From a virus, in IMG/VR virus record IMGVR_UViG_3300045988_082110, positions 1 through 54,351 of that record: a DNA stretch of 54,351 nt. One strand, given 5' to 3'. Within the stretch, counting starts at the first letter, position 1. Each line of letters begins with the position of its first letter. The translations under genes and the position numbers were made by a program. The notes under the pieces are model-generated. The model was not told the DNA's origin. It did no database searches and saw only the letters and a list, made by a program, of their open reading frames with translations. Positions 45,401-52,896 of this stretch are shown one piece after another.

Positions 45401-48400
45401 GGTGCGATGAAGGTGAACCGTATCTTGACCAGAGCAGAGCAAGCGGAACTTGTGAAGAATGCCGGACGTGAACCTCAGCAGATTCAGGAGGGCGATATTG
45501 TTACTGATGATGTTGTGAACAGCATCAATCAGGAGATAGCTGCTGCTCCTAAGTTCTCGTTGAAGGTGTATCATGGTAGCGGTGCTGACTTCACAGAGTT
45601 TGACTTCGACCACATGGGCGAGGGTGCTGGCTCCCAAGCATTCGGTTGGGGTGGCTATGTTACCTCTTCAAAGAAGATAGGAAAGGACTATGCTCGGTTA
45701 GGTAAGGAGACTGGCGGTGACTATCAGTATATGGGTGACACGAAACTTACCTCAGAACAAGCAAGGGTTCTTGCTGTTTTTGTAGGTTTACCTGCATACA
45801 AGGAATATTCATCTATGAAGGAAGGAGTTGGTGCTTATATTAAGTCTTTGCGTACCTTGGAACAGAAGGGTGGTTTTATGGCAAAACATGCTGGAGAACG
45901 TATCAAGGTACTGGAGAGTGTTCTCCCTAAACTTGACAAAGTGAGCAGATATGATTTTGCGCACAAGTCTCGTAATCTCTATGAGGTTGATATACCTGAG
46001 GATAATGGCAGCAACTATATTGAGTTCTACGAAGATGCTACCCCTGAGTTTAAAGAACAGATTAAGAGTGTGTTGGCAAATGGTCTCCCTTCTGAGTTGA
46101 AGAAAATGCCTGAGTACAAAGAGGCTGAACGGAAATTCTATGAGGAGAACGGAACAGATGAATCGTTTGAGAAGTCTCTTATTGATGATGCTCTATTTGA
46201 GTTGGAACGTAGAAAAAGTAATGGCGATGCTTATAATGCGTTGTCTGTTGCTGTTGGTGATAAACTGGCAAGCAAAATTCTTTCTTCGCTCGGATATACA
46301 GGTATCAAGTACCCTGCTGGCACCATAATGGGTGGCGCTGAGGAAAATGATACCAACTATGTTATCTTTAAGCCTGAGGATATGAAAATCACAGAGCATA
46401 CCAAGTTCTCTCTCCGTTTGAAGTCTGCTATTGAGGAGACTGAAACCAATCCATCTGACGCACAGAAAGAGAGTGGCAACTACAAGAAGGGACACATCAA
46501 GTTCGGTGGCTACGATTACACTATAGAAAATCCGAAGGGTTCTACTCGCTCAGGCAAGGATGCCGATGGGAAAGAATGGAAAGTTATCATGCACGATACC
46601 TATGGTTATATCCGTGGTAAGTTTGGCAAGGATGGTGACCATTTGGATATGTTCATCAATGACAAAGCAGACCTTGATAATTGGAATGGTGATGTGTTTG
46701 TCGTTGACCAAGTGAATCCTGATGGCTCGTTTGATGAGCATAAGGTAATGTATGGCTATGACTCCATGGATGATGCCAAAAAGGCTTATCTCGCCAACTA
46801 TAGCGATGGTTGGCAAGGTCTTGGAAATATTACTGGAGTAAGCAAGGATGAGTTCGACAAGTGGCTTGATACGAGCAATCGTAAGCTAAAGCCATTTGCA
46901 GACTATGCTAAAGTAAAGTTCTCGTTGAAGGATATAAAGCCAGTAGGTGTTGGTGCTTTCGGAAATATATACAACCAGTTCCGTGGCAATGCCAAGGCTG
47001 CAATCGAGTTCTTGAAGAAGGTTCGTGGTGGAGAAGCTGTCGGTGCTCTTCATCACAAGGATATTGGTGATATTGATTTGGTTTGGGGCAAAGAAGGAAC
47101 TGGACATAGTGATGGCTATGGTCTTTCTAAACTTGTGAAGTATCATCCTGAGGTTCTTGATAATTTGCAGGAGATTCTGAATGATATGCGTGTAGTTTCA
47201 AGCAGTAAGAATCGTGTAAACTTGGAAAGTGAAACCCATAAGGCTGGTGTTCGTCTTACTTGGGATGGAGAAAGAAAATCTTGGTTGTTGACTGCATTTA
47301 AAAAGGAAACTTCGGCAAGCGACAAGAGGACAGACACTGCCGCTACTTCGTTGGAAGGTGACACCGCTCTCTCCCAAACCGAAGGTTCTGCTGCAAAGAT
47401 AGACAATTCTTCTGAAACTGCCAAGGAAAATGGCGAAAAAGTTGATGTTGAGGCTCCAAAAACTTTCGATGAGTTCCTGAATCATCCTTCTTTGAAGTTC
47501 TCTATCAAGAATGAGCAGCAGAGAAAAGCGGCTGAGGATGCTTATATCGTGGGGAATACCCGATTCTCCTTGCGCTATGACCAGTTTGAGCATGACCTGA
47601 ACCAGTGGAAGAAGGATAATAATCTGCCTAAGGATGCACAGAGGCCAACCATCCCACATCGCAATGCTGGAGAGAGTGCCGTTGACTTCCTGAGGAGAGT
47701 AGACGAGTACCGCAAACAGATGGCTCTGTGGAAGACTGCTCCAACCTACGAGCAGCATCTTTTGAGCGATGATACTGCCCTTGGAGAGTTCAACCGAGAG
47801 TTGCAGCGTGGTTCTGTGCTGAAACGTATCGCCTTCCAAGATAGTATGCTGGCTATCCGCAAGGCTCAGGAAGCTATCATGAAGGAAGTGGGTGTTGACC
47901 GCCTGAACATGGCTGAGGATGCCTATACTGCCGAGAACCGCAGTCATGGCAAGGGAAAGAACGAGTTTGAGGAGTACAACAATGAGTTCTTGCAGCCATT
48001 GAGAAAGGCTTATCATCAGATGAAGAAGATACTGGGTGACAGCTATGATAATGTCCGTATCTACATGATGGCTAAGCATGGTTTGGAACGTGATGCTCAG
48101 ATGGCATTCAAGAAGTCTTTGGAAGCTGATTATGAGGACGTGGCTCAGAGAAGTGCGGCATACAAGGCTTACAAGGGCGATATGAACCGTATTATCAATG
48201 ATAGCGATTTGGAGTTTGGAAGAGTGGATTTCACTACTTGGAGACAGAGAGATAACGCTCTCAGAACGAAATACTCTCCTTCCTATATGGACTATCGTTA
48301 TGATGAGAATGGTATTGCCTACGATTATTCAGGTTTGTCTGCTCTCTATGACGGCTCAGACTTTGAGGAAGCTGCCTACAAACTGGTAAAGGATATTGAG

Positions 48401-51157
48401 GATAAGTATGTAACCGAGACTCACAACCTCTGGGATGCAACGAATGCGGCAACCAAGAAGATTCTCCGTGATGGCTACAAGGCTGGAATGATGAGCAAAG
48501 ATACCTATCAGTATGTGCGTGATATGTATAGCCATTATATTCCTCTCCGTGGCTGGGATGGCACTACTGCCGACCAAGTATGGGACTATATTGGTGGCGG
48601 CAAGGGTGCTTTCAATCAAACCTTGAAGAAGGCACACGGACGTACCTCTATCGCTGATGACCCTATCGCATACATCGAGAATATGGCAGAGAGTGGAATC
48701 CTGCTGAACAACAAGAACTGGGTGAAGCAACACCTGATGCTCTTGGCTCAGAATCATCCAACCTCTCTTCTTACCCTGAGCAAGGCTTGGTACGTGAAGA
48801 GTGTGGATGATAATGGCAACGAAGAGTGGATTCCTGCTACACCTCAGATTACTTCTCAGATGGATAGCAATCAGGTGAAGGCTGCCATTGATGCTTTCGA
48901 GAAGAAGATGGAGAAGATGGCTCAGACTGGCGATGCTACCCAAAAGAGAGACGGACTGAATATAGCCTATCCTCAGACTCATAGCGAGGAGAGAGAGCAT
49001 GAGGTAAGAGTGATGAAGGATGGCGAGGAGTACGTTATCTACGTGAATGGTGACCCTCAGTTGGCTCAGGCGATGAACAATACTAGAGCACACCGAGTAA
49101 GAGAGATTCAGAGCGGCAAACTTGATAGGGCTGCTGCTTGGTTGGGCAGAAAGATGGCTGCTGCCTATACCAGTCTTTCACCTCTCTTCATCCCTTCCAA
49201 CTACTTCCGAGACCTGACCATGACGCTGGCATCTACCGCTATTCGTGAGGATGGCAGATACAACTATCTGCTCAGAAAGAATCTGGCTACCTCTTGGAAT
49301 CTCGGTTTCATGCTGAGAGACTATCAGAACGGCAAGTTGAGAGATAAGGTAAACAACGGAAACGCTACACCAAAGGAACAGATGTTCTATGACTTCATGA
49401 TGAATGGTGGCGAAACTGGCTTTGTCTCTTCGCTTGATGTGGAAGACTTGAAGAAGAAATTCAAGAATGACTTGAAGGATTTGGATAGATGGAAGGCGAA
49501 CCCAGTAAAGGTAGGGCATACCATCATGGATAGTATCGAGTTCCTGAACAGAATGATTGAGGATAGTAACCGATTTGCGGTTTACATGACCTCTATTCAG
49601 TATGGACGTTCCATTGATGAGGCGGTGAATGATGCCAAGGACGTGACCCTGAATTTCAACCGAAAGGGTACAGGCGAATATGGCTGGCAGATGATTAGAA
49701 ATCTCTATCTCTTCATCAACCCAGCGGTACAGAGTTTGCAGACATTGGGTGCGCTTGCCAAACATCATCCTTTCAAGTTTACGGCTGTTACTGCATCGTG
49801 GTTGGCGAGTGGCGTGCTGGTTCCTATCGTTAACGCTGCTCTGATGAGTATGTTGGGTGGTGATGATGATAATAAGGATAAGTACTGGCAGTTCACAAAG
49901 TGGGATAGACGAAACAACCTGATTATGTGGGTTCCTTTCACTCATGAGTATGTGAAGATTCCGCTTGCTCAGGAGTTCCGTGCCTTTTATGGAATAGGTG
50001 ATATGATTGCATCCAAGATGATGGGTGGCGAGTTGGCTGAGGAGAGTTGGAGTCAGTATGCAGAAGACTTGCTCGGTCAGGTAGTGGATATGCTTCCGCT
50101 TGACCCTACTGGCTATGATGGCAATATTGCTGTCAGTCTGATGCCGAATGCTATTCGTCCAGTCTTTGAGTTGGCTTTCAATATTGACTTCACTGGTAAG
50201 CCATTATTCAAGGACACAGAGTATAACAAGTATGACCCTAACTTCACCAAGGCATACGTGGGAACTCCTGATTGGTTGGTGCGTGCTTCCAAAATGGTTA
50301 ACTCAATCGGAAACGACTATCCTGATGTGCAGCAGAATAGCATAGATGCTTTCGGTGACCCAAGATACAATCTGAATAACCCTGCCGTGGTTGACCATGT
50401 ATTGTCTTCTTATCTCGGTGGTGCTTACACCATGGGCAGTCAGGTGCTCGGTTTGCTTACCAAGTCACTCAATGACCCGAAGGAAATCAAGGTGGCTGAT
50501 ATTCCATTATTCAGCAAGTTCGTCAGCAATCCTGATGATAGACCGGTTACTAAGAAACAAGGTGATGAGTTCTGGGATATGAAGGAGAATCACGACCGAG
50601 CAGCCAATACCCTGAGCAAGTTGAAGAAACAAGCTAAGGTGGATGGCGATTACTCTATGCTGGAGCGGTTCTACGGCTCTGAGGAGTATAAGCAGTACAA
50701 GCAGGATGATGCGAAGGTGAAGAAGTATGAGGAAGACAAGAAGAAGGAACGTGCTGAGGAGAGTGGGGAGGAGTATAGACCTCACAAGTTGAATGCCGAG
50801 GATATTTACAAGGCTCATGCTACTCCGAAGGATGATTTCGAGGACTTGAAGCTGAAACAACTCTACACCAAATTGAACGGATTCAAGACTTCCTATGACC
50901 TCTTGGTTGATACGGCTCCTAGTCAGAGCGATGGCTACTACAACACCAACAAGGCTGCTATTGATGCCATTGACGAGATTTCTCTTGATAAGCAGGAAAT
51001 ATCCGAGTTAAAGAAAGGTTTCTTGGATGATGGCAAGGATGCCTACAACGCTGAGGACATGAAACAGATTCGTGAACTTAGAAAGAAGATTCTTTCCGTG
51101 CTGGAAAAGGCTAACAAGGTAGTTGTGGCTAACCAGAAGGCGAAGGCTGAGAAGTAA
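39467..51157 (+). CDS. Giant polyvalent virion protein (3,896 aa)
   Basis: A single uninterrupted ORF of 11,691 nt containing several enzyme-like modules (see the sub-features below) and a C-terminal hydrophobic helix (about 49780-49860). Confidence 0.85.
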   Translation: MATRKEIAQNQKILYDDAVANNMFQAAVPSFKEFQKRLEGQGYQKMVYDNYKKHNVRGKGFNNLNEFRGAFGGSFYADENKIGVSAGAAAISASAQQTKNNAGRYNRLKQRKQKQQKDFGRVNLGTHQTPYGGDANNVVKDDFAYNPETGKTGAYVTSDNENAYSLPEAEQMQAILDKQNDAYQVAVDTGEIPSAFDVRDKNGNYDLQENIGKNGTYLTEEGAQKQFDKKLADAYARKKEIEALIAEDNRQHGNPLLSYGASIGASNGRTAEQSDYRNKLATSLSLVKQQIGALEAVKQYPTSSWGEDALKALDNTAFTAKTWDFGLTDFATMGQMERIKTKMDNNIPLSGSDKMLLKSKLGADAAAALEDEKMGNVYRWTKIAGQSLPFMADFFLTGGYGGITKGISRGALKIAAKRGMGKVSAAVLKNTGIVIGDIIGSYAMAGTEQALKTGADIMQRHLGNLYQDEKGDYKFGTFDENGNLLHEGGESIGTALYKGMTSAMVENYTEKLFGHNYGIKKGAVNFMEKHGMNASAEFFKNIGKSGWYTNSKKWMEKFGINGFAEEVMEEEIGIPLHALLDGEGKVSDLLDAKQQLDIIGGMAISVGSMYAMGAGSRPVKGIYNRAQYYRFRNKVNVADSDAQNLMGDNWADIKDKIDNATNEQMGGVLADILRQRDTMTKEQINAAVNYGVNLMKMRGYNIAKTAEMNAKEITNEPTTPEEQHQADIDNAYSEGHDADDADKHDIQIQQEDQMKTLAAALGISEQQLSAMSDEELESMTGQDDKLDQAIYDYQLSSARYQGVVDDAQDKVDLAAHQAEQRVDMYTDQSRSSVRNATIKALGGLEDYGVYIISGNIATHDDGSIDVSNSDGMILYYDPTTNSVEHADALMFAELGEELPADDVKAQAVADAKENAIKEVAGIIDGTVEIGSQFNVTDTDGTEHTYEVLADYGDGTAAISIDGNVVENPYSLADLQQMKDLEDQKRLEAAKAEREQMEKERAAQQNQETEETQPSFDFNQILNDNGNVVLVDVLDKDGNTKYPDSRLFLIRDAGAKAKVVELKSDGTIVPHAVNKEDVATISSMSLDEYKQAMPESSTIEDNSGEESDEDSQLANLGLPKGSEIWMSGDGFGRPKENTLSKVVGIDEQGSIILEDKDGKKWSASFDYINNHRELPPLDENTNIVNEENNQSESNAEENTPAPEQTPAITLEDGTIVPMLEDGNPDFSKLTAAQTAELYDTQFGEDADSIVSGYVSDAKKALDKASNMTVKGKTFVEQKAAKDAKEKAIADAQAVYDSAIAIRDAYNERQLAKVEDTAEGRKELIEKARRKFARLKSAVKDDAEAVSQLYRETIGSLLHRLYDSTGIDVTDTTPLTAEEYVASNLGAHSLNLEGTETSKGVKQETGLSREDFAKTQLLAADGKGTTIDALVHSLWENRPSNLESLDTQDIRNALIGVLNSGFKASEARNFVENIRIAQAENILEEQKRAQENAAYAEQHKAEPEAELKAKSDEKAELKAKSEAKLDNESSNESNDLSNETDNEKINDNINDNINVPEDATDENPLGAQRDESDLPFSAKENGMQQTTAVRAADVEKNKVNDMKVVDNIVGQKTRKAFERLAKMMGANIQWQYSDKLGNGWIQETKDADGNVHRTIFITLDSSITEGAQFIFGHEMTHQIKNLNPAAYNELTQLVLDTYGSDAFDKAVDETMQRYSDAGFSGRARDYYAEEVVADSVGEMIRDLNLAHTLAMKMSHPLLAAIHEILQKIKLAFFGTEYSDVTKNIIRSIEQAYVKTANGQVTNSETGEDVAFSLRQKPEPKKKGVGYKVFVLKDGKLYPPMVANPDGAATPVGVWLDADAAPIAGESKTGRPQVKQGGKGTQGGSGKLAYRPGWHLGVVPYAIQFNRKDAEGNKTLFPKNFVFAEVEYAADVDYQEEARQEGINPSGKYQHSLAGLKHLPTDGYYMYRTNPNPETDPWVITGAMKVNRILTRAEQAELVKNAGREPQQIQEGDIVTDDVVNSINQEIAAAPKFSLKVYHGSGADFTEFDFDHMGEGAGSQAFGWGGYVTSSKKIGKDYARLGKETGGDYQYMGDTKLTSEQARVLAVFVGLPAYKEYSSMKEGVGAYIKSLRTLEQKGGFMAKHAGERIKVLESVLPKLDKVSRYDFAHKSRNLYEVDIPEDNGSNYIEFYEDATPEFKEQIKSVLANGLPSELKKMPEYKEAERKFYEENGTDESFEKSLIDDALFELERRKSNGDAYNALSVAVGDKLASKILSSLGYTGIKYPAGTIMGGAEENDTNYVIFKPEDMKITEHTKFSLRLKSAIEETETNPSDAQKESGNYKKGHIKFGGYDYTIENPKGSTRSGKDADGKEWKVIMHDTYGYIRGKFGKDGDHLDMFINDKADLDNWNGDVFVVDQVNPDGSFDEHKVMYGYDSMDDAKKAYLANYSDGWQGLGNITGVSKDEFDKWLDTSNRKLKPFADYAKVKFSLKDIKPVGVGAFGNIYNQFRGNAKAAIEFLKKVRGGEAVGALHHKDIGDIDLVWGKEGTGHSDGYGLSKLVKYHPEVLDNLQEILNDMRVVSSSKNRVNLESETHKAGVRLTWDGERKSWLLTAFKKETSASDKRTDTAATSLEGDTALSQTEGSAAKIDNSSETAKENGEKVDVEAPKTFDEFLNHPSLKFSIKNEQQRKAAEDAYIVGNTRFSLRYDQFEHDLNQWKKDNNLPKDAQRPTIPHRNAGESAVDFLRRVDEYRKQMALWKTAPTYEQHLLSDDTALGEFNRELQRGSVLKRIAFQDSMLAIRKAQEAIMKEVGVDRLNMAEDAYTAENRSHGKGKNEFEEYNNEFLQPLRKAYHQMKKILGDSYDNVRIYMMAKHGLERDAQMAFKKSLEADYEDVAQRSAAYKAYKGDMNRIINDSDLEFGRVDFTTWRQRDNALRTKYSPSYMDYRYDENGIAYDYSGLSALYDGSDFEEAAYKLVKDIEDKYVTETHNLWDATNAATKKILRDGYKAGMMSKDTYQYVRDMYSHYIPLRGWDGTTADQVWDYIGGGKGAFNQTLKKAHGRTSIADDPIAYIENMAESGILLNNKNWVKQHLMLLAQNHPTSLLTLSKAWYVKSVDDNGNEEWIPATPQITSQMDSNQVKAAIDAFEKKMEKMAQTGDATQKRDGLNIAYPQTHSEEREHEVRVMKDGEEYVIYVNGDPQLAQAMNNTRAHRVREIQSGKLDRAAAWLGRKMAAAYTSLSPLFIPSNYFRDLTMTLASTAIREDGRYNYLLRKNLATSWNLGFMLRDYQNGKLRDKVNNGNATPKEQMFYDFMMNGGETGFVSSLDVEDLKKKFKNDLKDLDRWKANPVKVGHTIMDSIEFLNRMIEDSNRFAVYMTSIQYGRSIDEAVNDAKDVTLNFNRKGTGEYGWQMIRNLYLFINPAVQSLQTLGALAKHHPFKFTAVTASWLASGVLVPIVNAALMSMLGGDDDNKDKYWQFTKWDRRNNLIMWVPFTHEYVKIPLAQEFRAFYGIGDMIASKMMGGELAEESWSQYAEDLLGQVVDMLPLDPTGYDGNIAVSLMPNAIRPVFELAFNIDFTGKPLFKDTEYNKYDPNFTKAYVGTPDWLVRASKMVNSIGNDYPDVQQNSIDAFGDPRYNLNNPAVVDHVLSSYLGGAYTMGSQVLGLLTKSLNDPKEIKVADIPLFSKFVSNPDDRPVTKKQGDEFWDMKENHDRAANTLSKLKKQAKVDGDYSMLERFYGSEEYKQYKQDDAKVKKYEEDKKKERAEESGEEYRPHKLNAEDIYKAHATPKDDFEDLKLKQLYTKLNGFKTSYDLLVDTAPSQSDGYYNTNKAAIDAIDEISLDKQEISELKKGFLDDGKDAYNAEDMKQIRELRKKILSVLEKANKVVVANQKAKAEK
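44264..44836 (+). other. Zincin-like metallopeptidase module in the giant ORF
   Basis: FIFGHEMTHQIKNL (HEMTH at 44477-44491), with downstream AEEVVADSVGE. Confidence 0.6.
45554..46396 (+). other. ADP-ribosyltransferase-like (H-Y-E class) module in the giant ORF
   Basis: KVYHGSGADFTEFDFDHMGEGAGSQAFGWGGYVTSS, then NLYEVDIPED. This resembles the HGS ... G.G.Y ... E pattern of PARP/DT-type ARTs. Confidence 0.4.
46406..46906 (+). other. Family I inorganic-pyrophosphatase-like module in the giant ORF
   Basis: YTIENPKGS...TYGYIRGKFGKDGDHLDMFI...DEHKVMYGY parallels E. coli PPase [20 protein letters not shown]. Confidence 0.55.
46919..47326 (+). other. Possible barnase/EndoU-type nuclease module in the giant ORF
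   Basis: DIDLVWGKEGTGHSDGYGLSKLVKYHPEV ... WLLTAFKKE. The assignment is from memory of polyvalent-protein nuclease domains and is low certainty. Confidence 0.3.
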
Positions 51158-51169
51158 TACATATATGAC

Positions 51170-51202
51170 TATCCCCTGAAAGTGCTAGGCTTTCGGGGGA
51201 TA
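51170..51202 (+). terminator. 13-bp hairpin after the giant ORF
   Basis: TATCCCCTGAAAG-7 nt-CTTTCGGGGGATA. Confidence 0.6.
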
Positions 51203-51322
51203 ATTGCTTTCAATCTGAAACTTTTTACCTCTATTTCTTGTGTAAATCTGTCAATCTGTAAGTATTTATAAAGTTTAACTATTGAAAATATCCTAAATTG
51301 TTATGTTCTTATTATTTCTTTT

Positions 51323-51330
51323 TATATTTG
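51323..51330 (+). promoter_or_regulatory. -7 box TATATTTG
   Basis: Perfect TAnnTTTG, 83 nt before ATG 51414. Confidence 0.5.
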
Positions 51331-51413
51331 CAGCATCTAAGAACATCTGAATCTCAGGTGATTACATCAGCAAAAGATTATCCAATCATTATAAACTTAA
51401 AAAATGAAGGCTT

Positions 51414-51650
51414 ATGAAAAAAGATGAAGACGAAGACCTACGAGTCAAGAAGTTAATTGGAGAGATAACTAAGTTACTCCCTGAACGAAGCAAGATTAAG
51501 ACTGACTTGTTTTATTTCAAGTATGCGCCTATATTGGTCATGCTTTTCAGATGGTATGGTATATCTCAGTTCTATGACAACAAAATGGAGATAACACTAT
51601 GGTACGAAGAGAATGAGGAACCTATCTGGTTCTTCTACTTCATCACTTAA
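51414..51650 (+). CDS. Hypothetical protein (78 aa)
   Basis: ORF track. Confidence 0.45.
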   Translation: MKKDEDEDLRVKKLIGEITKLLPERSKIKTDLFYFKYAPILVMLFRWYGISQFYDNKMEITLWYEENEEPIWFFYFIT

Positions 51651-51658
51651 TCGGTCAG

Positions 51659-52081
51659 GTGGTTTCAGTAAGCAATCCTCAGACGAAATACCCTACCTTT
51701 AACAACGGCTTTACTCCTCAGCCTATGGAGACCGTAGTGGACGTGAAGGTGAAGCTGGGTGATGAGGAAGTGGATTTCAAGCAACTGCCAGCAAACGGAC
51801 AGATTGCCAACGACAAGAATCTTGTGGTTAGCGACAACAAGGATGCTATGAGTGCAGAGGTGGATGCGATGCTGAGACAATCCAAGGCGATACTGGAGAG
51901 CGTAGATTACAACAAGAGGGTAGTAGAATCTTGTGAGGGAATGCTACAGCAACTCAACCCCCAGATAGCCAAGGAGAAGGAACAGACCGAGAAAATCAAT
52001 AAACTGGAAGGTAAGGTTTCAGGTATTGAGGGCAAGATTGACAAGATGATGGGATGGCTCCAGCAGACCATGAGCAAGTAA
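51659..52081 (+). CDS. Coiled-coil hypothetical protein (GTG start in the track; first ATG at 51725)
   Basis: ORF track. The C-terminal part has heptad-like KEKEQTEKINKLEGKVSGIEGKIDKMM. Confidence 0.45.
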   Translation: MVSVSNPQTKYPTFNNGFTPQPMETVVDVKVKLGDEEVDFKQLPANGQIANDKNLVVSDNKDAMSAEVDAMLRQSKAILESVDYNKRVVESCEGMLQQLNPQIAKEKEQTEKINKLEGKVSGIEGKIDKMMGWLQQTMSK

Positions 52082-52112
52082 TCTCCTATCTATCTATTCA
52101 TTTTAATATCTT

Positions 52113-52400
52113 ATGATTATGGTAATGATTGAGATTACAGAAGATAAGTTCGATGATTTGTATGACAACATTGAGTCTATGCTTGGTTTTGGCAGCAAGG
52201 CTATGTCTTGTCTGAAAAAGATGAAGCAGGAGCGTATGGGTGAGCGTATGCCTGATTATCGTGACGATTGGAGAAGAGAGCGTGAGGAACGTGAAGAGCG
52301 TGAGAACAAACGTAGATTCAACAACGTGAACGATGATTGGAACTACCCGAACCGCTATGGTGAAAGAGGTGGTGGCGGCTACAATGGTGGCGGTCGCTAG
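52113..52400 (+). CDS. Small Arg/Glu- and Gly-rich protein (95 aa)
   Basis: ORF track. Contains RREREEREERENKRR and GERGGGGYNGGGR. Confidence 0.45.
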   Translation: MIMVMIEITEDKFDDLYDNIESMLGFGSKAMSCLKKMKQERMGERMPDYRDDWRREREEREERENKRRFNNVNDDWNYPNRYGERGGGGYNGGGR

Positions 52401-52467
52401 TGTTTAACTTGGGAGTTTTGGCACCGACATTTATGCCGTGACCAGACTCCCTTTAATATTCAGCAAT

Positions 52468-52896
52468 ATGGGAAAATGCAGAATGCCATTGGATATGTAT
52501 GACCTCAAACCTGAGGGAATGGTTTCTTATCTAAGATACAATGGCTATCATTTCAGCAAGAAGATGTGCGAGTGGGCGGTGAGCCTGATGTACAAGTATG
52601 ACCCTTCCTCCAAGCGTGATGTAAGTGTCTCGTTTTGGGATAAGGAGAAGGTGGATGCCCTTCTGCTTGGTCAGGGAGTAGAGGTAAAGAATAAGGCTGG
52701 CTACGACCATGTATATGTGGCGAATATGGCAAGGGCAGACTTCTACAAGTCTTCCATCAAGGATGAGGAGCAGCTAGCCCAGTTCATCAAGGATATGGTG
52801 GATGATTCCGACCAGAAGGATGGTTTCATCTTTAATAGATTTTATGCCGACTGCTGCCACAACGGTGTGCCTATCCCTTGGGAAGATGTGTTATGA
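52468..52896 (+). CDS. Hypothetical protein, paralogue-like to 11835..12320
   Basis: This is the first ATG in the track ORF 52438..52896. Contains YLRYNGYHFSKKMCEWAVSLMY. Confidence 0.5.
   Translation: MGKCRMPLDMYDLKPEGMVSYLRYNGYHFSKKMCEWAVSLMYKYDPSSKRDVSVSFWDKEKVDALLLGQGVEVKNKAGYDHVYVANMARADFYKSSIKDEEQLAQFIKDMVDDSDQKDGFIFNRFYADCCHNGVPIPWEDVL

Noticed and set aside
39506-50860. Many 60-394-aa ORFs on both strands inside the giant gene (for example 40514..41698, 47198..48079, 48356..49093, 49178..49945)
   Set aside because: All are nested in, or antisense to, the single 11.7-kb ORF. Their low-complexity, Leu/Ser-rich composition is what is expected from the complementary strand of a long coding region.
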